This document shows positions 1 through 14,280 of a DNA stretch of 64,000 nucleotides, one piece after another. Both the position numbers and the translations under genes were made by a program. The stretch is from contig NC_073385.1 in the NCBI RefSeq assembly GCF_028641065.1, positions 46,748,001-46,812,000 of the forward strand, given 5' to 3'. The DNA comes from Leucoraja erinacea (lineage: Eukaryota). The notes beneath the pieces were generated by a model that saw nothing but the letters and a program-made list of their open reading frames with translations, was not told where the DNA came from and did not search any database. Each line of letters opens with the position of its first letter. Within the stretch, counting starts at the first letter, position 1.

Positions 1-562
1 CCAGTGGATTTCCTGTTCGCCTTCATCCAGTTCATTAGCTCTTACTATTCACAATTTAAGAATATGGCATTAACCGACTGACACTGAGATAGACTGGTGA
101 GCTGTAGTATTCTTGCCTATTTGAAATTAGGTTAAAGACAGCCTCCCAACATCCAAGTCCTGATTGGGGAATTGACATTTAAAATAACAGTAGTACTTGC
201 ATAAATTAATAAAGCTTAAGGTATTTTCTTACTCGTAATTTAGAGAGAGACTGACCATCGATCACTGTTCACACTAGTTCAATGTTATCCCACTTTTGTA
301 TCCATTCCCTACACACAAAGAGCAATATTTACAGAAACCAATTAACCTACAAATTTGCATTTATTTTATTCTAAAGGCACTGATTCTGGAACAATCGTGA
401 ACTGTTTACATATCTTGGCACGTACACTTGACCCCAGGTAACGTTAGGATTTTTTAATCACATTTTACATTATTCATTTCTTATAAATGTATTAAGCAAA
501 ACTTGGTTTGCCCTCTTATTGGAAATATGCTTTTAATGCATTTTGACATTTGTGCATTCCAG

Positions 563-801
563 GACTGTTATGAAGTCTGGCTCGGAGCTGGTAAAAGCTG
601 GCATACGTTCGTTCTTTGAAAATGCAGCAGAAGATCTAGAAAAAACACTGGAAAATCTGAAACTGGGGAAATTCACACATTCAAGATCTCAACTGAAGGG
701 AGTCACACAGAATATCAATTACACAACCATAGTTCTACTGCCTGTACTAACTTCATTATTTGACCACATTGGTCAGCATCAGTTTGGCACTAACATAATC
801 T
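563..801 (+). CDS. RYR3: RYR3 exon, 239 nt (R)[13 protein letters not shown]...QHQFGTNII
   Basis: ttccag|G acceptor, T|gtaagt donor; RyR homology in ORF 543..869. Confidence 0.96.
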
Positions 802-1959
802 GTAAGTATCCTGGTCCGCCAACTTTGTGTGAACACAAGCACGACTTCATGACCTTGTGTGGACTTTAAGTTGACTTCACATTTTTTAAATTTACAACCG
901 TTAGCCTGTGTTGAGAAAGAGAGAGCATTTAGAATGGTAGTCTGGCATTTTAGAGGGGTAAATGTTTCTGGTTCATTAGGCTTTCTCCCACTGTTCTGCT
1001 CAAAATTATTTGGGGCTGTGAGTTGCTGGAAAAGTAAGCTGATAGTAACAAAGAGAGAGCAGTGGGACGGGAAACTGTGAACAATTTGGTCAGTGAATAG
1101 CTGAATACTGGTTATGCTGGAAATCTGAAATGAAAACTAAAACTGCTGCTAATGCTAAGACTGTTGAGCAGCATTTATGGAATGAGAAAATGTTTATGTT
1201 GTGCAGCATTTATGAGGGTGTTAATGTTTCAGGATATGGACATTTAGGCAGAACATGATGAGGAGCATATCTAGGCCATTGAGATTTAACAAACAAGATG
1301 GAAACCAAAGAAGGAGATGTAGATAGAAAAATAAACGGAGGGAAATTTAGGTTGGATTAAAAAATAATGTACAAAGTGGGTAGAAAACAAGGTAGAAAAA
1401 CTTGGTAAATTATACATTTGAAAAATGTACAACAAATATCCACTTCCTGGCAGCATTTTATCTGTTCCCTTTCTGGGTCAGAGTGATTGATTAGCACTCA
1501 GTCACAATTGACAAGCTGTGAAGAGGTTATTGCACTGTTAAGGCAAGACAAATCTCTGTAATGTTTTTATATGCAATAAAAATGTGAATACACCAAATGG
1601 TATGAAATCTGCAAAAAACATTGAAGATTTTGCAAAGCTCAACATGAATCATTCAGAAATTTCTCATGCACTTTTCATTAAATAGGTCTTTCATGCCAAA
1701 TGCTGCTCAGTAACTTGCACATTAACAACACTATGTCTCCTGACATTATTTTTAAAGCAAGTCCTGCACATTTATGTTTGGAGCATGGAAAGTGAAGTGG
1801 GAGTAGGCCACCCGGTCCTCAAGCCTGCAGCACCATTTTGTAAGATCATGGTTGCCCTACATATAACCATAAACCTTCAATTTTTCCCCTACCTACTCTA
1901 TTTTTTGCCCCCTACTTGTCAAGAATTTTTGCAACTTTGCTGTTTGTGATATGTATAAA

Positions 1960-3110
1960 TTACTTGGATATGAATGGAGAAAGTATGATCAGTAAAGTTA
2001 CGGATGACATAAAAAATAGTTGTGTTGTGGACATTGAATACGATTGTCAAAGGCCACACCAAATATAGTTTGGATGGAAAGTTGGGCAGAATGTTGACAG
2101 TTAAAATTTAATCCTGACAAGTGCAAATTGACAAATGTTGGGAAGCAAATTAAGAGTAAGAATGCAGTAATGACCTTGGCATTCAAGTTCATCATTCCTT
2201 GTAAATAGCAACACAGATAGAAAGAGTGCTGAAGTGTGTAGGAAAAAACTGCAGATGCTGGTTTAGACCGAAGATAGACACCAAATTCTGGAGTAACTCA
2301 GCGGCACAAGCAGCATATCTGGATAGAAGGAGTGGGTGATGTTTCCGGTCAAGACCCTTCTTCAGACTGAGAGTCGGGGAGATGCAGACACAGAGATATG
2401 GAAGGGTAAGGTGTGAGAACGAGATATCAAAGGGGACGAAGTCAAGGAAAATTTAGAATATATCCACATTTGCCAGGATGTTGCCTGGATTGGAGGACTT
2501 TAGTTATGAGGAGAAATTGGATAGGCTGGGCTTGATTCCTTGGAGACAGAAGGTGTCCCGATAGTGGTATGTACAACTACGAGAAGCATAGATGGGATAG
2601 AAAGCCAGATTGTTTTTCCCCGTGATAGGGACATCAAAGACAAGAGGGCAGATGTTGAAGATGAAAGGAAAGGATTGTAAGAGGGTTTACTGACAAATGT
2701 TTTACTCACAGAAAGTGTTTGATATCTGGAGCATGGTGCTGGAAAAGGTGAATGCAGAGGAGATTCACTTGGACTGGATGAAATTAGTTTTGGGGAGAGA
2801 TTCGATAGGCTGGGATTATTTTCCCTGGAGAAAAGTGGGTTGAGGGGTAACCTTTTAGAGGTAGACAAGATTATATGAGGCACTGATAGGAGAGATAGTC
2901 AGAATCTTGTTCCCATTGTGGGGGTGTCAGAAAGAAGTGGGCATAGGTTTATGGCGTGGGGAAGAAGCTTGATGGGATGTAAGAGAAAAGTATTTAGCTG
3001 TAGATTGGGTGATATCTGGAACTTGATACTAGAGCAGGTGGTGGAATCAGGTAAATCGCTATGTTTAAGAGGTATTTGGACATGCAAGACATCGATGGAT
3101 ATGGACCTAA
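1960..3110 (+). mobile_element. Degraded CR1-like LINE fragments interrupted by a Penelope-derived piece (about 2234-2460)
   Basis: CR1 RT C-terminal motifs (aggatgttgcctggattggag, ttttccctggag...ttgagggg); boundaries approximate. Confidence 0.7.
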
Positions 3111-3742
3111 TGCTGACAAACGAGAAGAGTGTAGATGTGCCAACAGGTCTCCTTTTCATCTCTGGCCTTTGTCCATCCATCTGACAATCAAACCCCCTCA
3201 CCTGCAACCACCTATCTCATGCCAGGTTTTGTCCTGCCCCCACCTCTATCCCAGCCTTCTGCCCTCTACAATCACTCTGAAAAAGTGTCCTGACCAGAAA
3301 TGTCACCTGTCCATTCCGTCCACAGGTGCTGCCTGATGCACTGAGTTCCTCCAGCACTTTGTGTTTTAGTCATTGAAATAAAAACCTTTTCAAAGTGGCA
3401 AGACAGCACTGATATGGCATGTGGCCTCTTGCAGTGCCATCAGCTTTCATAAATTTATGGGGCTGATATTCATACTTTGTCTCAGGATTGAAATTAATTG
3501 AAGACATCATCCAGGAAATTTTGTAATGAGTTTGAGACTGTGGATAGGGGCAGTGGCAGGGTTAGAGTTGGGGTTGGGGAAAATGGGGTCGTGCAGTGGT
3601 GCAGGAAATGCTGAAACAACCAGAATTGATACAGAATAAAATATATTTGTTTGGTAAATATCTGCTTCAATTAGAACTGTAGTAGGAGATTTCTTAATTG
3701 GACCTTTAAACTCTCATTAAAAATGGTGTTTTGTATTTACAG

Positions 3743-3824
3743 TGGATGATGTCCAAGTAGCATGCTACAGGATCCTATGCAGCTTGCTTGCCTTAGGAAC
3801 AGGGAAGAATGCCTATGTGGAAAG
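3743..3824 (+). CDS. RYR3: RYR3 exon, 82 nt (L)[26 protein letters not shown](R)
   Basis: tttacag|TG, AG|gtaatt; phase fits flanking exons; not in ORF track. Confidence 0.95.
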
Positions 3825-5059
3825 GTAATTCCATCATATTTAATTAATTTTATAATCAACAAATTATAAAGAATGTGCAATGCCAGTATATCCTTTTTAT
3901 TTTGAACAAATCCTCTTCGAAGTACATTATCAAACAACAAGCAATCACTACAACTATCTCAGCATTGATGGTAGATCCATTTTTTAACAGTAAAGAAGCA
4001 CCACGGTTTGTGAGGTTCCATGCACTACTCAACGGATAGGTCCAGCAAATTGCACCCCTGGATCCCAACAATATGTTGATGTTACCGACTACTAGGAATC
4101 TCTACTGGTCTCCCCAAAAGACTTTCAACACCAATGAGAAGTTCTACAATTTTAAGAGCTAGTACATACAGTATCTATGGCACCAGAGGTCAGTGCAGGG
4201 AATAAGGGTCATACAGTTGAATACCCTTTCAACATTGCACATCTTTGTTTTGGGCCGGCACCATTTCCAAACAGGGCTTAGAAGGAACCAAGGGGTAGAT
4301 GGCACTGGGTGGTTTGGGGAGGAGATGCAGATAGGTCTCAACTTTGTTTCCAGCCATTTAAACCCATTTACATTTTTAAGTCTATAATTTTAATTCAACG
4401 GCATGGAAACACGTTGCTGTAGCACTATTCTGGTAAATCTTCATTACATGGGTCATTGCAAATTTGAAGAAAACTTATGCATGGATACCGATAGTGTGCC
4501 TAATTAAATAAAAATGGAATCCACTGCTCGATTGTATTGAAAAGGTATTGTGCTCTGTGAAGTGTTATACTGTAAGTTTATTTATAAACTATGACTTGAG
4601 TTTATTCTCTGCTGCAAACTATACCTTGTAAAGCCCTGAGGTTGCCTTGATGCTGTACAAGGAGCAGGAGTGAAACATCAAAACTGGGATTGTTTATTTA
4701 TAGAGGAAAGCGATTACCTATTCTTAAGTTCTTCTTTCCCAGTTTCAGTCAAATCTTTTGCCATCTGCAGTCATACATTTATCATGCCTATTTAGCAATA
4801 GATAAACCAGTGTTCTGCAATGGGCCGCTCTTCCTCACCTCATTTCATGGATTTCTACGTAAAGCTTCATTAGTAATTTTGGAAAGATTTTGTTTTGAAC
4901 ACTGCTCATTAACCAGATTCTAAAACATTAAATGGCTATTATAATTTAATTGTAAAATGCAAGCAGGTGTACATGACAGTCTTTTAAGAGAGCCAAGACA
5001 CTCCACATATTAGGAAATTAGGATGATCATGAATAAATAGGAACAGCGTGCAAAAATGT

Positions 5060-5578
5060 CTGTGGATGTCAACAAAATAGAGAGAGTACAGAGGAGATTT
5101 ACTAGAATGTTGCCTGGGTTTCAACAACTAAGTTACAGAGATAGGTTGAATAAGTTAGGTCTTTAATCTCTGGAGCGCAGAAGGTTAAGGGGGTCTTTAA
5201 AATGATGAGAGGGATAGACAGAGTTGATGTGGACAAGCTTTTCCCTTTGAGAATAGGGAAGATTCAAACAAGAGGACATGACTTCAGAATTAAGGGACAG
5301 AAGTTTAGGGGTAATATGAGGGGGAACTTCTTTACGCAGAGAGTGGTGGCGGTGTGGAATGAGCTCCCAGTGGAAGTGGTGGAGGCAGGTTCATTGGTAT
5401 CATTTAAAAATAAATTGGATAGGAATATGGATGAGAAAGGAATGGAGGGTTATGGTATGAGTGCAGGCAGGTGGGACTAAGGGGAAAAAAAATTTGTTCG
5501 GCATGGACTTGTAGGGCCGAGATGGCCTGTTTCCGTGCTGTAATTGTTATATGTTATATGTTATATGTTATATATGTT
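5060..5578 (+). mobile_element. CR1/HER1-like LINE 3' fragment with (ATGTT)n tail
   Basis: ORF 5202..5480 RGHDFRI..FFTQRVVAVWNELP. Confidence 0.85.
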
Positions 5579-7606
5579 AGCCACCATGCACTCTCTGTCC
5601 AAATTTTATCTCCACGCACATTTATGAAAGCAAGCACAATTTGAAGGCTGTTAATGAAATAGTGTCTGTGTTGCTGCAAGTAACTGCTCAGAATAGGAAG
5701 AGCTAACAGCAGAACATCCTTTATTGAAGGTAGCCATTATCAACCTAAGCAGCAATGTAATATACAACGGTGTATCACATTCGTTCTTAAAGGTCAACAT
5801 ATTCAATATATTCAACACTGTTCCCCTTTCTCAAAAAAAGTAATGCAGCCATGACCACAACTACCTACATGTATTAGGTTATGCCATTGGATCACTACTT
5901 CCATGTGAAATTATACAATGAACTAACTCTAATTCATTTTTTAGTCAGCTTGTGTACAAACCTTCATTACAATGTGCATTTAGCATTCCTGAAGTGTTTA
6001 CTTTAGCCATTGGTATGCATCCATCTGGTATGTACTGTATTTGGTCTACTTTCCTTCTCAGTAGTTGCATATACATAACTATTTCCAAAACATTGAAAAT
6101 ACTGTATTGTTTACAAATTCAATAAATGCAGCATCCTGGTTCCAGACCAACTCAATGCCAGGTATCCACAGCATCTTTAAAACATTTGTTGGCAGTCAAA
6201 ATCACTTTGTGCGGCAGAATCTTAACAATGTTCTGTAACTTATCAATAAATTGTCTCCCTGGTGGTGTGCCTTCATCTTTTACTCACAGATTAGTCATGG
6301 AACTTGAAATAACTTCTTCAATAGTTTCTTCCTTGCTGCTTCTCCCAATTTTTGGAATAATGTTTTAATTTGTCTTGCTCGTGTACCATTTCATATTGTT
6401 GGAAAATTATATTACCATTTATCTTAGCTGGTGGCTTCACCAGCTTTTTCCAAAAGTAGCTATCACACATCGTGAACCTTCTGCTGACTCAATTTAGTTT
6501 GGACATGTTGTTACCAAGTAAAGTTTCTTCTTCCTGTAGCTTTTGAAATATACCTTCCACAAGTAAAGATGCTACTTTGGATTTCTATTTGTTTCCTTCC
6601 TTAGATAGTTTAACCATAGCTATTGACTTGTTGTTTCCTATAACAAGCTCATTCACACTGCAACATCCAACCCTAGACTCCAAGAGTAGGCTAACTGCAT
6701 TCCTTTGAGAATCTACCCCAATCCATGATTACTGAAGCACTCTTATAATCCTTATCTGCAGTAGGTAACTGGGCTCAGCTGTCCCCACCAGCCACTATCA
6801 CCGTTGCGTCCATCCCAACCATGTGTGTGAGGGTGTTTCTCAAATGGGTACACATCACACCACCTAAACAATGCGCTGGAAATTTTTCAGATACACATCT
6901 TGTCCCATCACATAATAAGCATTATATTCTCTTTGTGTATAATAACTTCCTTCATAACATGAAGGTCTTTCATGTATTATTTTTACTGTTCTCATCCAAC
7001 GTGCAATAAATACCATAGTGTGTCTGTTTCCATCTCTTGACGCATTACATTTCCTGTTTCTAATGCATTTGAGGACTGCGTTCTCCACCAGCTGCTGGCT
7101 TCTTCAAATACTTGAATGGGTATTCTGAGGTTGAGGGAATCACATAGCAAGATCCCCACATTTGCCATGTGGCCATTTTATTACGATCAACCGAATCATT
7201 GAGATCTCAGGAAAATACAGAATGGAGGGTCATCGTGATACTCAAGAAGAGAACAGATATTTCTGCTCAAGACATACAAAATATGACCTATAGGCTTTGA
7301 TACTCATGTACCCTCTGTTTTTCTGCCATAAATCAGTGCAGCACCCACATGACTAAACCGATGAACCATGCCCCCATCATTACCAAACCAGTAGCCCTGT
7401 GACCTGCTTGATCTCAGAATTGTGTCCCAAACAAAGCTACCATGCAATCTCCTTGCCGGTGGTCATCTTGCTTGCTCCCTCAGACATTTGATCCATTGTT
7501 TTAATCTGCTGGACATTTGTTCTCTCAACAACTTCCAACATTGTTGAATTATTATGTCCCATCAAGATTTTTACCTGTGGTCCATGGTAATTGTAAACTC
7601 ACTGTT

Positions 7607-7899
7607 TAGTTTAGAGATACAGCATGGAAACAGACCCTTTGGCTCACGAGTCCGCGCCGACCAACAATCCCCACACATTAATATTATCCTAAACACACTA
7701 GGGACAATTTATAATGACACCAAGCCAATTAACCTTCAAACCTGTACGTCTTTGGAGTGTGGGAGGAAACCGGAGATCCAGGAGAAAACTCACGGGGGGA
7801 ACATACAAATCCTGTACAGACAAGCACCCGTAATCAGAATTGAACCCGGGTCTCTGGCGCTGTAAGGCAGCAACTCTACCGCTGCGCCTCTGTGCCGCC
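7607..7899 (-). mobile_element. tRNA-derived SINE (HE1-like)
   Basis: B-box GGGTTCAATTC on -, CR1-like tail, direct repeat cactgtt at 7600 and 7900. Confidence 0.85.
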
Positions 7900-9019
7900 C
7901 ACTGTTGCATGCCTTCAGCCCTCCCTCCTCAGCAGCATTATCTTTTGCATCTCACCTACCATCATGCCCTTCTTTTCTTTGTTCATTCCTGAGACCTCAG
8001 TGTTGTTTGTTCACCTTAAAGCCAACAATTCCACACAATCCATGTACAGTGCCAATGGCTGATTCCGCACATACCAGTCAAGCATTCTGACATACCTCAC
8101 ATGTCCAATTCCTGCCATCCTCGCCGTGCTTTAAGAACATTTGGTATTCCTGTTTCTTCATCCTTTATCCACATACTGTAACACTCACAAGCTGCAACAT
8201 CCTAACTTTGCCAATTTACTCCCACTGTCTTTTCTTGATGCAAGTACTTTCAATCAGAGTGGACAGAGCAAACAAAAGGGCATCTTTCTTTGAAGGCTGT
8301 GCAGCAATATATTTTAGTAATACTAAAGCATATACTCAGTTATTAATGATATGTAAACACCGTGTATACTGCAAGTACTTGGTTAATCAGTGTTAAAATT
8401 CAGTATTGGTTCTCGGGATACATCTAGCCCAATTTCTCTAACAGTTATTCACTCTAAATTTAAGATCATTAATGCTCACTTCGTTAAGATCTACTAAACC
8501 TAGATTCCTCTTTATTCTCCGTCCTTAAACATTCCATTATTTCAAACACCCATCACATTTTACTCTCAATAGACAATGCATACTGCCTGAACAATTTAAT
8601 GAGATTTCTCATGTGTTGATAATTATTATTGTAACCTTTTATTATCTGGTTTTAAAATTAAATGCTAATCAATGGGGGAAAAAAATCACTATTAACCTTT
8701 GCATGACACTTCATTTTCATGCCAACCTCTAAAAAATGTATTCTTAAGTGAGAAAAGGAACTTGTGAGATCTCTGTAATGTATCCCTGTTGATCTCCTGG
8801 CAAACCTTTTTCATTGCGTTTATACCTTTTTAAAGAGATGTTTGAGTTAAACTACATTATGTTCCCGCAAACCAAAATATTGTAGCCTAATTTTTGAAAT
8901 CTGTTTTCAGCAATAACAAACACAGTTTTGTGACTATTCATGCAGCTTAATTTTTCCAAAGGGCTAGGTGCTCTTTGTTTGACTGAAAGGTGGAGTTATA
9001 ATTTTCCTTTTGTGTCCAG

Positions 9020-9150
9020 ACAGCGACCTGTCCTTGGAGAATGTCTTGCCACACTTGCAGCTGCCATGCCGGTAGCTTTCCTTGAGCCTTCTATCAACGT
9101 ACACAATGTACACTCAGTTTTCAATACAAAATCGCCTCGAGAACGTATCA
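9020..9150 (+). CDS. RYR3: RYR3 exon, 131 nt [23 protein letters not shown]...KSPRERI
   Basis: tgtccag|A, A|gtaagt. Confidence 0.96.
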
Positions 9151-10824
9151 GTAAGTCACATGGTCTTTCTTTGGGGGTGGGATCACGGTCATATAAACAT
9201 TATGTTGAATCTATATACCAAATAGTTTGTGTTGATTTGGTTAGAATGTGGCTAATCGAACTGTAAATGAGTTGACAGCATTGGGTACAAATTTGAATGC
9301 TTTGCCTTAATGCAAATATTTGACATTTATTGTGTGAGATCATTATGGCTGTATCGTCCCCACTGTTATTAACAGATCTGGATCCGAAGAGCTAGCTTTG
9401 CTGACAAAGCATCTGGACTCCAGTGGCTGGCCTGTGGTGCCTGCACCTCCAATGACAGCCAGAAAAACCGCAGCTCACCCCATCTCCAGCTTTACCAGCA
9501 TCAAAGTTGGGAAGGCCTGAAGAAGGGTCCCGGCCTGAAATGTTATGTGTGCATTTCCCACTTATTTTTCTTTGTCTTCTTGCGTTTGAGGCAGCAGAAG
9601 TCTGCAGCAGGGTAAAGCCATCCGGTTTGATATCCATAGGTGCCCGCCCTAAAAAGGACGCATGCTCTGGGTTGGCACCAAGCTACGGCGCTGCTGCTGT
9701 CTCTGTTTGTTGTCGTTCGCCTGACTGAGGTCAGTTGACAGGGCTCACCACGGGGAGGTCGACAACCTGAGCCTAACCTACCTACTGAAATATTTCAGCA
9801 GCCTGTTGTGATGGTCAATTCAAAGTTCTGGCTGCCAGAAATATTTAAAAACTTTGAAAATGAAATGGACAATTTGTTAAAGCATTAATGTTTCAATTGA
9901 ATGCAAATGATACGATTTGTTAAAATAACTAAAGAACCGTACAAATAATCAAAAATATTAAATTAAACAGTAATAATTTTTCATAAAACCTTCCCATATT
10001 TTTGAAAATCAATACCCAACCTGCACAGGATCCAAGAGGCTATATTTCATGGAATGCTTGGGAATCTCAGCAAGATTCATCATTCTATTATCTTGTCAGT
10101 AAATTTGAGACATTTACTCATAAGAACATTAATTAGTCCTCAGATGGTGATTTTGCAAGAAAATGTGTTTGGCTCCACAAATTTTCTTTGCCCTGCTTTA
10201 ATTCTCACATTGTTGCAGCCTGTCCTTTCCTATCTGTTAGAATAGCACTGAATGTGAACATGAAGGCACATGTATCAAGCAGATTTCTTTCTCATTTGCC
10301 CATGATTACACTGCAGCTCCAGAATGTCCTCTAGAAGATGTCCTTTGAAGGCTAATGTACCCGCCATGAAATTAGCTTCAAAGATTTGCTCTATGAGACA
10401 ACTTGGATCTTTCTATAATTTTCTTGACTTTTCTCTATTGTGAACTACTCGTAGCTAAATGTAATGGTTGCACCATTCACAGCTAAACCTTCAATTACCA
10501 TTCAAAAGCCCTGCTTCTTGGAATTGAGTTTCTGCAATAAAAACATGGTTCTTTGACTTTGATTATCAGCATTACATTTGTGTCTTAGCATCAATGTTTA
10601 TTTAGTTTAATAATGCTCCTGTATGCACCCAGTTATGCTACTGTTGAATTGTAACTGATCATAATGTTGTAGTTATAAGTGGATATTGTGTGCCTTTAGA
10701 GCTTTTGGCCTGGAGTTTGTAGCTAATATGCAAGGAATAGCACTTGCTGTTTGCCTCATTGATACATCCCCATAGATTTTCTTCTTGAGCAGCCACTTAA
10801 TCCAATCTGGCTTCTAACCAAGTC

Positions 10825-11463
10825 TTCTTCTTCTTGCGAATGAAACATAAACCAAAGGAATAGTTAGACCTCAAGCCGGGTGTTGAGCAGCCAGGTTGTT
10901 GGCTCTGCGTCAATGTCTGCCAGTCCCTGAGCTCCATTTGGTGGGTGATAGAGCGGGCACCCAAAGATGACATGGTTGGCTGTCTGTTGTTCTGCTCCGC
11001 ATTCACAGGCTGGGTTCTGGCGGAGCCCCCATCTCCACATGCTGGCATTGAAACGCCCAACTCCAGTACGAAGTCTGTTGAGCTTCACCCATGCTCCTTT
11101 GGGGAGCTCAGACCCTGGACAGCTTTTGGCTGGTGAAGAGATGTTGCTGTGTAACGGAGATGAGATTGCCATTTGGTGGCTATCCAGTGTGCTTTTGGCT
11201 CAGTTGGCTGGATGAATGCATTGAGTTGTTTTCCATGTGGAGCAAAGGGGTGACGGGACTTCAGTCGGGGTGGCCCCTGCTCTCTGATGATAGCCTGATG
11301 GAGGAGGTGATCTGGGTCCATGGCATGACAAGATAGTGCCAAAGTTGCTGCTTGCGATTGGATCCCTGCAGGCGGAATGCCTTCGTGTATAGGAAGCTGC
11401 TCGACTGGAGTAGGTTGAAGGCACCCAGTGATGATTCGCAAGGTGCTGTTCAGGCTCGTGTCT
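10825..11463 (-). mobile_element. 5'-truncated non-LTR retrotransposon, Vingi/Ingi-like
   Basis: LRIITGCLQPTP..GIPP and LNRLRTGVGR..CECG..H..C knuckle; (GAA)n tail; possible TSD accaagtc at 10817 and 11464. Confidence 0.7.
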
Positions 11464-12591
11464 ACCAAGTCGGCTTCCATCTACATGGTGTCTGCAATGT
11501 ATTTAAGCAGTGCAAGAAACAGATAGGCTCTTCCACCAGTCAGATTAACTAATCCTCACTTAGAATGTGGAATCTAATCAACAAAGTATAAATTATATCT
11601 AAATTATCTACAGAAAGCTAAATAAAGATTTTGAGTAAAGATGGGGTTAAAAGAAAGATATCAAGAGTGAACAGAAAAAGGTTACAGGAGATTTGTTTAA
11701 CGTTAATTAGCAATAACAAGCTACAGTACATTGATTTTATTGCCCAAGAAAATCACTGAATCTCGATTATACTAGGCCAAATGTTCTCCCATTCTTTGTT
11801 GGGGGTAAGTGGCAAATAGGTTGAGTGAATATCATTTCAATACAAATTCTATCAGACAGGACTGCAGCAGTGCACACTTGTCAGTGGAGGGAGCTATCTC
11901 TGATAATCGCTCCCTGGTATACTCGTTTAACTGTGCACATTTGGATGCTGGAGGTTTCCTGTTTACTCCATTTAAAACTCTGACCCGAGGCCCTTACTGA
12001 AATTCTAATTGTACATTTGGCACATGGAGTTGTTGTGGTTTAACGCATTCATGATTTATTCCTCTGCAAATCCGAACGTACATCGTGCACAATGCAAATG
12101 CAAATGTAAGCGCTTCATATCTTCCTTGCAAATCATAAATTCATTCATTCAAATGTTGTGCTTCGACCCAAAATGAATTCAAAACATCAGGCTGCTTATC
12201 CACAAACCCGCTCCATAAGATTAAATTCACGGCAATGTAGAAGAGCAAATAACTGTTATTTGTAGGACAGTGTAAGTGTGCAGGGATCGCTGGTAGGCCG
12301 AAGGGCCCGTTTCTGCACTGTATCTAAAAACAAAATGATCCTGTGCCTCCTGTGTCTTGATCTTTGATTTGCGAGAATGATCATTACACAGGGACAAAGT
12401 TAAAAAATACTGGATTAAGTATTCAAATAGTCAGTGTCTGCACCAATATGAAATGCAAACACAAACTATCCAAAAGTTAGAGCTTGCCATTCAGTGAGTT
12501 TTTTTTGCACAAAATCTCAGTTTTAGATTAAGTAACAAGAATTGCTCCCAAATTACTAATGAATGAATGAATGAATGAATGAATAAGTTTG

Positions 12592-13222
12592 TAAGGCGAA
12601 TGGTATGTTAGCATTCATAGCAAAAGGATTTGAGTATAGGAGCAGGGAGGTTCTACTGCAGTTGTACAGGGTCTTGGTGAGACCACACCTGGAGTATTGC
12701 GTACAGTTTTGGTCTCCTAATCTGAGGAAGGACATTCTTGCCATAGAGGGAGTACAGAGAAGGTTCACCAGACTGATTCCTGGGATCACAGGACTTTCAT
12801 ATGAAGAAAGACTGGATAGATTTGGTTTGTACTCGCCAGAATTTAGAAGATTGAGGGGGGATCTTATAGAAACTTACAAAATTCTTAAGGGGTTGGACAG
12901 GCTAGATGCAGGAAGATTGTTCCCGATGTTGGGGAAGTCCAGAACAAGGGGTCACAGTTTAAGGATAAGGGGGAAATATTTTAGGACCGAGATGAGGAAA
13001 ACATTTTTCTCTCAGAGTGGTGAATCTCTGGAATTCTCTGCCACAGAAGGCCAGTTCATTGGCTATATTTAAGAGGGAGTTAGATGTGGCCCTTGTGGCT
13101 AAAGGGATCAGGGGGTATGGAGAGAAGGCAGGTACAGGATACTGAGTTGGATGATCAGCCATGATCATATTGAATGGCGGTGCAGGCTCGAAGGGCCGAA
13201 TGGCCTACTCCTGCACCTATTT
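12592..13222 (+). mobile_element. CR1-like LINE 3' fragment inserted in the tail of a Rex-like element
   Basis: ORF 12605..13072 LVRPHLEYCVQFWSP; (TTCTATGT)n tail. Confidence 0.9.
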
Positions 13223-13242
13223 TCTATGTTTCTATGTTTCTA

Positions 13243-13660
13243 ATTAATACGTTTATTGGCCAAGTATTCACATACAAGGAATTTGCCTTGGTGCTCCGGC
13301 CACAAGTGACAACATGACATACAGTGACAATTACAAATGACACAGAAAACACTAAACATTAACAGTAAAACACCATTGATCAAACATGTGAACCAAACAA
13401 AATACCAGATCAAAGGGAGGCTACAGATTTTTGGCTATTGAGTAGAGCTACGACTCTTCGAAAAAATCTGTTTTTATGTCTGGCTGTGGCAGCTTTAACC
13501 ATCCGGAGTCGCCTTCCAGAGTGAAGTGATTCAAAGAGTTTGTGGCCAGGGTGGGTCAGAGATGATCTTGCCCGGCCCTTGCAGTGTACAGTTCGTCAAT
13601 GGAGGGAAGGTTGCAGCCAATAACCTTCTCAGCTGATCAGATGATTCGCTGCAGCCTCTA
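13243..13660 (-). mobile_element. Rex1/Babar-like LINE 3' end; its (TTCA)n tail is displaced to 12558-12590
   Basis: Minus strand reads H.LFESLHSGRRLR; AATAAA next to the tail. Confidence 0.6.
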
Positions 13661-14280
13661 GGAAACGGAATTGAATAACAGTCCTGGGGTGTGCAAACCC
13701 ATCTTATTCCTCTATGGTCCTTTTTAGTGGTGCCTTGAACTTCTATAAATTTTCACACCATGATCTCATTCATTATTGATCAGTTACAGAGAACTAAACC
13801 AAGAAAAAATCACTAATATAAAATAATTAACTGAAACAAAGAAATATATTTTAAACCACTGTGTCCGCTAACAAGTTCTATTCCAATGTTATCAAAATAA
13901 AGTGGGATAGGATTTAACAAGATTTGCTGGAGATAACATGAATGACTGGCAAACAGAACCAATGTAAAGCCACCAGATTTCATGGCATGAACTGCCGCAA
14001 AGTGTCTGAATAAAAGCAGGGGGTTTTTACCAGTAAAATCCAGTGAGTGAAGGGTAACTGCCTCATGAAAATATTGTGCATTTAACCAATCCCAGATGGT
14101 CACAGAAGGACTATATGCAGCTGTGATTGATTAAAGCATTGTCTACTCGCCCTCCTCCTGTGGGGCTACAATGTGTTTTGTTAAAAGTAGCAGTTCAATT
14201 TAATGTATCTGCTTTTTTTAAATATAATTCCAGAAGCTTTTCCAGCCTATTTTATGTTTCTCACCTGGTTATTCTAAGAT

